From contig JAIPIA010000001.1 in assembly GCA_021734945.1 (NCBI GenBank), forward strand, positions 308,415 through 372,414: DNA of 64,000 nt, written 5' to 3'. A program made the translations under genes and the position numbers. Source of the DNA: Minisyncoccota bacterium (lineage in GTDB: Bacteria > Patescibacteriota > Minisyncoccia > Phycocordibacterales > CAIZLB01). Below, one piece after another: positions 1 to 7,648 of the stretch (position 1 is its first letter; each line of letters opens with the position of its first letter). Below the pieces are notes generated by a model. It was not told the DNA's origin. It did not search any database and saw only the letters and a list, made by a program, of their open reading frames with translations.

Positions 1-1
1 G

Positions 2-850
2 CCATGTTCGAATATTTTGGTTGTATTTCTTCCTTCTCTCAATGATGTAAGTAAACTCGTTACAGAAATTGTACCCTTCAAACCAGATAGTCTCGAAACA
101 TACGATGATAAAAGTATGATTTTGGCTGTACGATTCTTCTTTGATTTCTTTAAACAACTTGGTTTTTGGGGTGCTATCAAGCTTGGATTACAGTTTATTC
201 CTGAAACATGGATGATTATGATTGGTGGAGTTCCGAAACTTATTCTCATGATTGAATTTACTGGTGAAAATGAAGCTGATGTAAAAAGAAAATTGATGGA
301 AGTAGAACAGCAGATAAAGCACTTTGGTTTCCATATGCACATTGCACATTCAAGTGCTGAGGCAAATAAGTATTGGAAAATTAGACATGAGAGTTTCAAC
401 CTTCTTCGAAAGCATGTAAAAAACAAGAGAACTGCGCCCTTTATCGATGACATTATTGTTAAGCCTGAGTATTTACCTGAATTTTTACCAAAAGTAAAAG
501 CTTTACTTGATGAATATAAACTCGACTATACAGTTCAAGGCCATCTTGGAAATGGAAACTTCCACATCATTCCACTTATGGATCTCAACTCCCCTTTCTC
601 TGCCGATATTATTCTCGAGCTTTCTGCAAAGGTATATACACTTGTAAATGAATATCACGGTTCAATAACAGCTGAGCATAATGATGGAATTATTCGAACA
701 CCATATCTCTTGCAACAATACGGTCAAAACATTGTTAATCTTTTCCAAAAAACAAAAGAGACGTTTGACCCGCAAAACATTTTCAATCCAGGTAAAAAGG
801 TTGGCGGTACGTTCCAGAATATTAAGGATGCTATAAAGAAGAAGAATTAG
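2..850 (+). CDS. FAD-linked oxidase, C-terminal domain (GlcD / D-lactate dehydrogenase family); 5' end lies before the window
   Basis: The ORF is open from the window edge. The C-terminal block (GSITAEHNDG ... FDPQNIFNPGK) is typical of the FAD-oxidase C-terminal domain. Confidence 0.55.
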   Translation, partial: PCSNILVVFLPSLNDVSKLVTEIVPFKPDSLETYDDKSMILAVRFFFDFFKQLGFWGAIKLGLQFIPETWMIMIGGVPKLILMIEFTGENEADVKRKLMEVEQQIKHFGFHMHIAHSSAEANKYWKIRHESFNLLRKHVKNKRTAPFIDDIIVKPEYLPEFLPKVKALLDEYKLDYTVQGHLGNGNFHIIPLMDLNSPFSADIILELSAKVYTLVNEYHGSITAEHNDGIIRTPYLLQQYGQNIVNLFQKTKETFDPQNIFNPGKKVGGTFQNIKDAIKKKN

Positions 851-892
851 GATTTGTACCTTTTCAAGGTAAATTTAATTTAGTGAGAACAA

Positions 893-919
893 TTGGAAGT
901 GCCAAATTGGCACTTCCAA
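893..919. terminator. Perfect 13-bp-stem hairpin (TTGGAAGTGCCAA/ATTGGCACTTCCAA) between convergent genes
   Basis: Inverted repeat read directly; it lies between the stop of the + gene at 850 and the stop of the - gene at 948. Confidence 0.6.
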
Positions 920-947
920 TACAAAACACTAGACTGTAATATTTATA

Positions 948-1475
948 TCAAACTTTAAAGCCAATCTTATTCTTTGGCTTTTTATCCTCTTTTATAAGTA
1001 AGCGAATTACTCGGAAAATTTCTCTAAAATTTGTTTCATTATTCTTTTCCATTTCCTCGACTTTTTCACGGAGCTCTTTGTAGGTATCAACCATTCTTCG
1101 TAGTTTTGTAAATATACGTATTATCTGGATATTGATTTGAATGGCACGTTGACTATTTAAGACACTTGAAAGCATTGCAATTCCCTGTTCTGTGAAAGCT
1201 AGAGGCTCAATTCTAAGCCCTAATTTTAACCTTGAATTGGAGGTCACAAATTGTGACCTCCAATTATCTAGTTCCTCCTTGGTAAATTTAAACATAAAAT
1301 CATCTGGAAATCTTTCAATATTTCTTTTAACAGACTGTTTTAACACCTTAGTAGATGTTCCATATAGGACAGCAAGATCCATATCTAACATCACCTTACC
1401 ACCTCTTATTAAGTAAATCCTTTCTTTAATCGTCTCTATATCTATTGCCGTTTCGATTTGTTTTTCTTTTTCCAT
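948..1475 (-). CDS. ORF6N-domain protein (phage antirepressor/KilA-N-like DNA-binding family)
   Basis: N-terminal segment IRGGKVMLDMDLAVLYGTSTKVLKQSVKRN..FPDDFMF..T..E matches the ORF6N domain pattern. It is the last gene of the minus-strand cluster. Confidence 0.55.
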   Translation of the reverse strand: MEKEKQIETAIDIETIKERIYLIRGGKVMLDMDLAVLYGTSTKVLKQSVKRNIERFPDDFMFKFTKEELDNWRSQFVTSNSRLKLGLRIEPLAFTEQGIAMLSSVLNSQRAIQINIQIIRIFTKLRRMVDTYKELREKVEEMEKNNETNFREIFRVIRLLIKEDKKPKNKIGFKV

Positions 1476-1552
1476 TTTCAGATACTAGCAAAAGTTCCCT
1501 TAAGGAATCTTAAAGAAATTATAAAGAACATTCCAATAATTTATTATTGCTC

Positions 1553-2197
1553 TTACATCTCATACCCTTCAAGCTCCTTAGCAACCTGCTCAACTTTTTT
1601 AATGTCAATTTCATTTAGAGAGATATTACACACTTCCTGAATCTGCTTTTCCAGCACTAGAGCAAGCTGTTTTTTCTTTTCAGTTTTTTCTACATCAGCA
1701 AGCGCGTGCTGACTACCCGCATATCTTCGAATAACCTCATCAAATCGCTCTTCCACAGATACAATTCCTGTAGGAGCAACTCTAAAATCTGAATACGAAC
1801 AAAGTTTTATATACAAATCATCTAAATCTACCGTCAGGTGAAGTCTTGAACTACCAATATTCTCTAGAATATATAGTACTTTTTCAGGAACATTCAATTC
1901 ATGAGCAATTGCCATTGTGACCGTATGTTCGTTATCTCCATATGATTTGATAAATTCCTCAACTCTTCGCAATTCCTTTCTCTCTTCTTCTGTATATAAA
2001 ACATCGTTTGCAATTGGAGACTTAATAATATTGCCCATATCATGAAGCAACATGGCTTTTGTAACTAAATCTATATCTAGTTGAATCTCATGTTTTAATG
2101 ATTGAACAAGAATTCGTGCAACTGCAGCCACGCGATACATGTGATTTCTGAGGACACTTGGTATCTGATATTTTGCGTATATTTCGGAGGTTTTCAT
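1553..2197 (-). CDS. HD-domain phosphohydrolase (YfbR-like)
   Basis: HD motif LLHDMGN with an upstream H (RNHMYRVAAVARIL). It starts 5 bp after the upstream gene stop, so it is probably operonic. Confidence 0.6.
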   Translation of the reverse strand: MKTSEIYAKYQIPSVLRNHMYRVAAVARILVQSLKHEIQLDIDLVTKAMLLHDMGNIIKSPIANDVLYTEEERKELRRVEEFIKSYGDNEHTVTMAIAHELNVPEKVLYILENIGSSRLHLTVDLDDLYIKLCSYSDFRVAPTGIVSVEERFDEVIRRYAGSQHALADVEKTEKKKQLALVLEKQIQEVCNISLNEIDIKKVEQVAKELEGYEM

Positions 2198-2202
2198 GGG
2201 TT

Positions 2203-2745
2203 TTAATTAAATTTGAAAAACTTTTTAACACTCCAGACTTCATTCTCAAATTTCATTAAAGCTATATTATCAAAAAATGATTCAAAATGTTGTAATTCTT
2301 TCGTTTGTAAATATGCAAATATTTCATCTGACTGACTCTGATTCATATGTCGAGCAATAGATATGTGAAATATCCGTTTTGCGAATTTTCTATCCTCATC
2401 AACTTCTCCCAGATCAGAAATACAGCCTTCAATAGTTTTCTCAAATATTGAGCCTCCTTCAACTTTCATGAAAATTGTCTCAAAACTGTTTTCAAAACGA
2501 TTAAAACCACTAATAATAAAAGGTGCAATACTCGTTTTTCTTAGACTAAAATCATTAACAACAGATTGAATTTTTGACTCAATTTCCATAGTATCATCAA
2601 CTTCAAAGGGATACTTTAAAGTAATATGAGCAGGAACTCTTTTTGATAAATTGGAAATACCAAACTGAGCACTCAATTCTTCTGTTAGTTTTTGGAAATA
2701 TTTTTGAACTTCCTCGTTTGCTATATAGGCGATACAGTGTCTCAT
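2203..2745 (-). CDS. 2H phosphoesterase superfamily protein (LigT / 2'-5' RNA ligase / cyclic phosphodiesterase-like)
   Basis: Two H-x-T/S motifs (AHITLKYPF and HISIARH) at the spacing typical of 2H enzymes. Confidence 0.6.
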   Translation of the reverse strand: MRHCIAYIANEEVQKYFQKLTEELSAQFGISNLSKRVPAHITLKYPFEVDDTMEIESKIQSVVNDFSLRKTSIAPFIISGFNRFENSFETIFMKVEGGSIFEKTIEGCISDLGEVDEDRKFAKRIFHISIARHMNQSQSDEIFAYLQTKELQHFESFFDNIALMKFENEVWSVKKFFKFN

Positions 2746-2754
2746 ATTGCTGGA

Positions 2755-3324
2755 CTAATTATACAAATTAATCTTCCTCAACATCAACTCTGGCTTCCCT
2801 GCATTCTGTTCTTCACCTAGGCTAATACCGAGAGTTTTAATAAAGTTTCTAATTCCCTCTTTTACTTCGAGCACTTTATCATCTGATACTTGTTCGAGTT
2901 TTTCTACTTCTAAAAATAATCCAAGGTCTTTAACATCTTCGAGAACTATTTCATATACATCAGTGAGGTACGTGTATTTTGTATTATCAATTCTAACCAG
3001 CTCTTCAAAGCCTAAATGTTGTTGAATTTGCAAAGCGGTGTCGAAGTTATCTATTCCTGTTTCGTATTCGTCTGAGTATGTCCAATTCATTGAGTCATCG
3101 AAGTGATCTACTTTGTAAGCAACTGTGGCTTTGCCGTCTTTAAGTCTGAATCGATAGCAGTTGGTTAGGCGACCGCTTTCGTCAGGTCGAAGTTCTGTTC
3201 GAAGCGGATTATTAAAATATACATCGAGTGTCTCTTTGGCACCCTTGAATTCAAATTGACCAAGGAGTTTTAAGGCTTCTTCTTTAGTGTTTTTTACTTC
3301 AATGAGGATTTCAATTTCTTTCAT
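2755..3324 (-). CDS. CYTH-domain protein (triphosphate tunnel metalloenzyme / class IV adenylyl cyclase-like)
   Basis: N-terminal EIEILIEV (the ExExK-like motif) and an acidic LEVE/EVEKLE C-terminal motif. Size ~190 aa is typical of CyaB/CYTH. Confidence 0.55.
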   Translation of the reverse strand: MKEIEILIEVKNTKEEALKLLGQFEFKGAKETLDVYFNNPLRTELRPDESGRLTNCYRFRLKDGKATVAYKVDHFDDSMNWTYSDEYETGIDNFDTALQIQQHLGFEELVRIDNTKYTYLTDVYEIVLEDVKDLGLFLEVEKLEQVSDDKVLEVKEGIRNFIKTLGISLGEEQNAGKPELMLRKINLYN

Positions 3325-3365
3325 TGGAATATTTTATATCTTATCATCTAAAAGTCTTTACACAG

Positions 3366-4751
3366 CTAATCTTTTAAAAAATAATTATTTATTTCATTAA
3401 AAATTTCTATAATTCTCGCTTCATATTTCGTTTTTATATTTTTACCACTGGTATCAATTAATCCACTGACACCGTCTCTATGTTTAACTTCAGGTTTATC
3501 TCTAATATCGTTAGTGGGGATACATACAAAATTATATTTAGGAAATTCCTTACTGAGCGAACATGCTAAACTAGACATATTATTATCTAGTATGGATGTA
3601 ATTTTTTTAAAACCTAAATCTTCAAGCATTTTAATTACTTTTCGTGTATTTGGGGCACCTCCAACGCCCCACCCATAAAATACTCCATTAGTCTGAATTT
3701 GTTTTATTTCAAGAATCTTATTTAAAAAGACAACGTCTTCTTGTCCTTCTGTTAAGATTATATTATCTTCAAGAAAGAAAATTTCACTAGCATCCAAACC
3801 GAGAATATGTGGATTATTTAAGTTATCTAAAAAAGGAGTAATATCATTAGTGGTTTTTTCTTCTAATTGATAAATTTTTGTTCCAGAAGTCTCTTTAACT
3901 GTTCTTGCAATTCGTCCACCGTTTAAAATTGAAGGCCAACTGACAAAAAAAGGAGAATGAGTAGAGATTATGATTTGTCTATCTTTTGAATATTCTAAAA
4001 GTAATTTTAATAATTTTCTTTGGAGTGACGGATGTAACGACAACTCTGGCTCGTCAATAAATATTAAGTCTTCAGATCGACTATCATACAAAGCATCAAC
4101 AATTGTAAAAACACTCAATAATCCTTCTCCGGCCCCGTCGCTATTATGAGAAGAATTATCATTAATAAACTTTAAATAATAATTTCCATTATCTGCCTGA
4201 TCAATGTTCCAGTTCGGAGAGTATCCTAAAACTTTACTCAATTCCGAATTAAAAGTTGTTGGATCTTTTTGGATTTGGAAAAGTCTATGTGAAAAATTAT
4301 CAAACTGTGAACCTCTAACTGCTTGTAGATTTGAAGTGCTAATATATTGGTTACGATCATAAATACTTTTACCAAAAAATGGGCTGAATGTTCTTCTTGA
4401 TGGTAAAGTTAAGAATTTTACTTTCTCTTTTTCAAGTTTATTTGAAATATACTCTGTTTCGCTTCCTCCATTAGATGTTGTTTTAAGAGTTAAGCTATTA
4501 TCGTCTATGTCGAAAATTGATATTTCAATTTTATCACCAGCTATTTTATTTCTTTTACCTTCCGTAAAGCTCGGGGTTTGATTTTGGGATATAGCTCTGA
4601 ATGCCTCATAAATTGTTGATTTACCGGAGTTATTAGGGCCAACAATAACTGTCAATCCACTACCATTATTTCCATTTTTTGGTACAGCAATATTTAACGT
4701 TTGCTTTTCATTAAAACCTCTTAAGCCTAAAATTTCTATTTTTTTGTACAT
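3366..4751 (-). CDS. OLD-family ATP-dependent endonuclease-like protein (N-terminal ABC-type ATPase + C-terminal Toprim-like region; GajA/OLD-like)
   Basis: Walker A GPNNSGKST, Walker B/D-loop LIFIDEPELSLHP, H-loop ISTHSP, then an acidic ILTEGQEDVVFL Toprim-like segment. The likely start is MYKKIEIL (4751); the longest ORF reaches 4787. Confidence 0.6.
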   Translation of the reverse strand: MYKKIEILGLRGFNEKQTLNIAVPKNGNNGSGLTVIVGPNNSGKSTIYEAFRAISQNQTPSFTEGKRNKIAGDKIEISIFDIDDNSLTLKTTSNGGSETEYISNKLEKEKVKFLTLPSRRTFSPFFGKSIYDRNQYISTSNLQAVRGSQFDNFSHRLFQIQKDPTTFNSELSKVLGYSPNWNIDQADNGNYYLKFINDNSSHNSDGAGEGLLSVFTIVDALYDSRSEDLIFIDEPELSLHPSLQRKLLKLLLEYSKDRQIIISTHSPFFVSWPSILNGGRIARTVKETSGTKIYQLEEKTTNDITPFLDNLNNPHILGLDASEIFFLEDNIILTEGQEDVVFLNKILEIKQIQTNGVFYGWGVGGAPNTRKVIKMLEDLGFKKITSILDNNMSSLACSLSKEFPKYNFVCIPTNDIRDKPEVKHRDGVSGLIDTSGKNIKTKYEARIIEIFNEINNYFLKD

Positions 4752-4803
4752 AGCGTATACAACGAGCGTACGAGTCCTATGTAGCATTCGTACTAGCTCT
4801 TGT

Positions 4804-4904
4804 TGGTTGCGGAGATGGGATTTGAACCCATATCTTTTCCTTTCGAAAAGCTCTAAATAAAAGCTCTTTGAAAGAGAAAGGTGCTACCATTACACCACTC
4901 CGCA
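4804..4904 (-). tRNA. Atypical 101-nt tRNA-like gene (canonical acceptor, D and T arms, encoded CCA; best register gives anticodon UUC with ~31 nt where the variable arm belongs)
   Basis: Acceptor TGCGGAG/CTCCGCA, T-arm ATGGG-TTCAAAT-CCCAT, D-arm GTGT..GCAC. The anticodon arm TTTCT-CTTTCAA-AGAGC closes with only about 4 pairs. There is an internal 9-nt direct duplication AGAGCTTTT. Confidence 0.45.
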
Positions 4905-5186
4905 ATATATATGTTATACCTCAACAGCTCCTCTCAGTCCATCGATATAAAACTAGCTGGCGGGCCCACTCGTCCTCGGTCGTTACACGACCAGTATAGC
5001 TTTTGGATATTCTGTTCGTCTCGCTGGCTGCCCTATTTTCAATACCCGCAGTATACACCCGAAAGTGCCTCAACTCCAGAATATATTCAAAAGCTTTTCT
5101 CCTCCTCGCCGAAAGCGCCCCACGCTTTCTTGGTCCATTTCTGGAGCTAAAAAACCACCCAATAAATTGGATGGTTTTTTGCTCTG

Positions 5187-5258
5187 CGGGCCCACGAGGA
5201 CTCGAACCTCGAACTGCGCGTTTGGAGTGCGATGTTTTACCATTGAAACTATGGACCC
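5187..5258 (-). tRNA. tRNA-Trp (anticodon CCA) with an imperfect anticodon stem
   Basis: Acceptor GGGTCCA/TGGGCCC, D-stem GTTT/AAAC, T-arm CGAGG-TTCGAGT-CCTCG, anticodon loop CTCCAAA. The anticodon stem has 3 central pairs plus 2 terminal mismatches. An intrinsic terminator follows at 5150-5186. Confidence 0.55.
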
Positions 5259-5379
5259 GTGCTAGCTATACTAATCTAAAACGGCTTAAAACTCAATCTC
5301 CCTCGGGAAGTGCGAGCTTTAAATACCCTACTTCGTTCTATACCCACCTCCCCTCAAAATCTGCTAATATAGAGAAATT

Positions 5380-6534
5380 ATGAAAATCACAAAAATAGAC
5401 AAAAGTAGATTACCAGAAGTAGACCTCAACAACCTCCCATTTGGAAAGGTTATGAGTGACCACATGGCAATTTGTTATTACAAAGATGGTGCATGGCAGG
5501 AACCTGAAATCGTCCCTTATGCAAACCTATCTCTATCTCCTTCTACTTCTGCTCTCCATTATGGTCAGGCTGTTTTTGAAGGAATGTCCGCGTATCGAGA
5601 TACATCGTCCTCAAGCGCCACGAATGGCACAAATGATTCGACTGCAAACGCCGCAAACAGTACAGGCGACTCAAACGAAGCAACAAACGAACCTACCGCT
5701 GTACTCTTTCGTATTCGTGACAATGCCACACGAATTTCAAAATCTCTCAAGCGACTCATGATGCCAGAAATACCAGTTGAGCTTTTTGAAAATTGTCTCA
5801 TCGAACTTATTAAGCTTGATAAGAAATGGATTCCTGAAAAGCCCGGTTCATATCTCTACATTCGTCCTTTTGTGTTTGCGACTGACGAATATGTTGGTGT
5901 AAAACCATCTTCAGAATATACATTTATAATTTTCTCTGCACCTACTGGCCCTTATTACTCAAAGAAACTCAAAGTAAAAGTTGAACAAACATATACACGA
6001 GCCGCTCCTGGTGGAGTTGGTGCTGCAAAAGCGGCTGGAAACTACGCAGCTGCAATGCTCGCAACTGCTGAGGCTCAGAAAGAAGGCTTTGATCAAATCG
6101 TATGGACTGATTCACAGACACATGAATATATCGAAGAATCTGGAACAATGAATATCTTTTGTGTTATTGATGGCGTTGTTATTACTCCAAAAACTACAGA
6201 CACTATTCTCGCTGGTATTACTCGAGATTCAGTATGTACAGTTTGCAAAGAACTCAACATCCCTATCGAAGAGCGAAAGATTTCTGTAGCTGAACTCAAG
6301 AGTGCAATGGAAAAAGGAACTCTACAGGGTATGTTTGGAACTGGTACAGCCGTAACACTCATAGAAATCGAATCTGTGACTATTGGCGACCTAACATACA
6401 CACTCCCTGACCTAACAAAAACTCCTGACGGTAAAGGTGGTTTTATTGGTGAATTCTACAAACCCGCACTCGACAAGCTTCGAGCTATCAAAGCTGGTGC
6501 TGACAACAAGTATGGATGGACTACGAAGGTTTAG
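5380..6534 (+). CDS. ilvE: Branched-chain amino acid aminotransferase
   Basis: Conserved class-IV aminotransferase blocks (HYGQAVFEG, YLYIRPF, AAKAAGNYAAAM, GITRD, GTGTA). It carries a ~35-aa S/T/N-rich low-complexity insertion. Confidence 0.8.
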   Translation: MKITKIDKSRLPEVDLNNLPFGKVMSDHMAICYYKDGAWQEPEIVPYANLSLSPSTSALHYGQAVFEGMSAYRDTSSSSATNGTNDSTANAANSTGDSNEATNEPTAVLFRIRDNATRISKSLKRLMMPEIPVELFENCLIELIKLDKKWIPEKPGSYLYIRPFVFATDEYVGVKPSSEYTFIIFSAPTGPYYSKKLKVKVEQTYTRAAPGGVGAAKAAGNYAAAMLATAEAQKEGFDQIVWTDSQTHEYIEESGTMNIFCVIDGVVITPKTTDTILAGITRDSVCTVCKELNIPIEERKISVAELKSAMEKGTLQGMFGTGTAVTLIEIESVTIGDLTYTLPDLTKTPDGKGGFIGEFYKPALDKLRAIKAGADNKYGWTTKV

Positions 6535-6553
6535 TAATACGCGAACAAAGATT

Positions 6554-6592
6554 AAAACCCCACTACTCCTTTTACAGAATAGTGGGGTTTTT
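6554..6592 (+). terminator. Intrinsic terminator after ilvE (CCCCACTA..TAGTGGGG + T-run)
   Basis: GC-rich hairpin followed by TTTTT, directly after the stop codon. Confidence 0.6.
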
Positions 6593-6643
6593 GGTGCACC
6601 AAATTTTAGTACGTTTGATTTCGGTGCGTTGGTTTTTAACAAC

Positions 6644-7477
6644 CTACACCAAATCAAGCACCTGCGGGTTTTTCAACCTTATTAGTGCTGGCAATTCAGT
6701 CAGTTCTTCTCCAGGTGGCTGCCAGAGATTGAACTTAGCGAATCTTTGATTTGAACCGACGTCGATTTGAAGCGTATGGGCGCCATATTTTTCACGAAGA
6801 AAATGACCAGCGGATAGATATGCAGGGCCGTCCTCGTCGTAAAAAAGACGTCTGTGTGCAGTATCATCATCAGTATGCATCACCTTAGCAAAGAATGGTT
6901 TAAGGACTTTAAACAATTCATCAGGATCGTTGAATGGCAAATCCGAGCGACCTTTAAAATCCTCACTCTTGAGTAAACAACGACCTGTTTCGATCATGCG
7001 TTGCCACTTCTGAATCAACTCAGCACCGACCAGCTTTTCAGCTTTAAAGTTTGGAGGTAAATCAGGATTCCTGGTAAATACTCTCTGAATTTCGCATACT
7101 GACTGACTCATGCACGCTTGTGCTTTCTCAAGCGGAATATCCAGGAACCCAACGCTCTCTTGGTCAAAGAGCAAAGACCTGAAGTGGACTTTTGAGTGGT
7201 AACGAATATTTTTGCGAAGAAACTTTTTAAGCATCACAAACAGATTAATAGAGCGCTGCGCTGTTAAGCTCACGCCCGACAAAAGCTGTTTACAATCCTC
7301 ACTGTACTGAGGACAGACAATGACGGCGACAGAAAATTCTCCCGTCGCATCGTAGTGAGATACTGCACGCCAGAGTATTTCGATGATATATTCATTGTCT
7401 TCGTGTGTTGCAACGATTTGTGTAAAGAACTTATGGAGCATGCTCCCGAGTGGATGTTCGAGCAATTTACTTTTCAT
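6644..7477 (-). CDS. Hypothetical protein with no family recognised; noticeably higher GC than its neighbours
   Basis: Long ORF whose composition departs from the surrounding genes. Confidence 0.45.
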   Translation of the reverse strand: MKSKLLEHPLGSMLHKFFTQIVATHEDNEYIIEILWRAVSHYDATGEFSVAVIVCPQYSEDCKQLLSGVSLTAQRSINLFVMLKKFLRKNIRYHSKVHFRSLLFDQESVGFLDIPLEKAQACMSQSVCEIQRVFTRNPDLPPNFKAEKLVGAELIQKWQRMIETGRCLLKSEDFKGRSDLPFNDPDELFKVLKPFFAKVMHTDDDTAHRRLFYDEDGPAYLSAGHFLREKYGAHTLQIDVGSNQRFAKFNLWQPPGEELTELPALIRLKNPQVLDLV

Positions 7478-7576
7478 GTATTGGCCTTTCTGTTTTTTGT
7501 TTGGTTTGTTTTTTTACTGTCTATTTCGCATTTGTATTCACATTACACTTTGTAGTTTTACTTGTGTACTCCATTA

Positions 7577-7615
7577 ACACCAAAGCCCCTCCGTTATCGA
7601 GAGGGGCTTTGGTGT
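7577..7615 (-). terminator. Intrinsic terminator downstream of the peptidase gene (ACACCAAAGCCCCTC ... GAGGGGCTTTGGTGT)
   Basis: 15-bp perfect inverted repeat. Confidence 0.6.
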
Positions 7616-7648
7616 TACGTGCATTTTGAATACAAGTCTCTCGATAGT

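Noticed and set aside
3366-4787. Calling the ATPase/Toprim gene a Gabija (GajA) system or class-2 OLD
   Set aside because: No UvrD-like helicase (GajB) or any helicase gene is adjacent. Only the single-protein OLD-like architecture is supported.
4804-5186. tmRNA (ssrA) or tRNA-Sec interpretation of the aberrant tRNA plus upstream 280 bp
   Set aside because: The tRNA-like part has its own complete acceptor and D arm, so it is not a split tmRNA end. A UCA-anticodon register gives only a 3-bp stem. There is no 8-bp acceptor or 6-bp D stem for Sec, and TGA is evidently a stop codon in this genome.
4881-5383. Plus-strand ORFs 4881-5150, 5003-5383 and 5065-5265 from the six-frame track
   Set aside because: They overlap two well-folding minus-strand tRNA genes and a terminator. 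Their products are low-complexity and lack any recognisable family.
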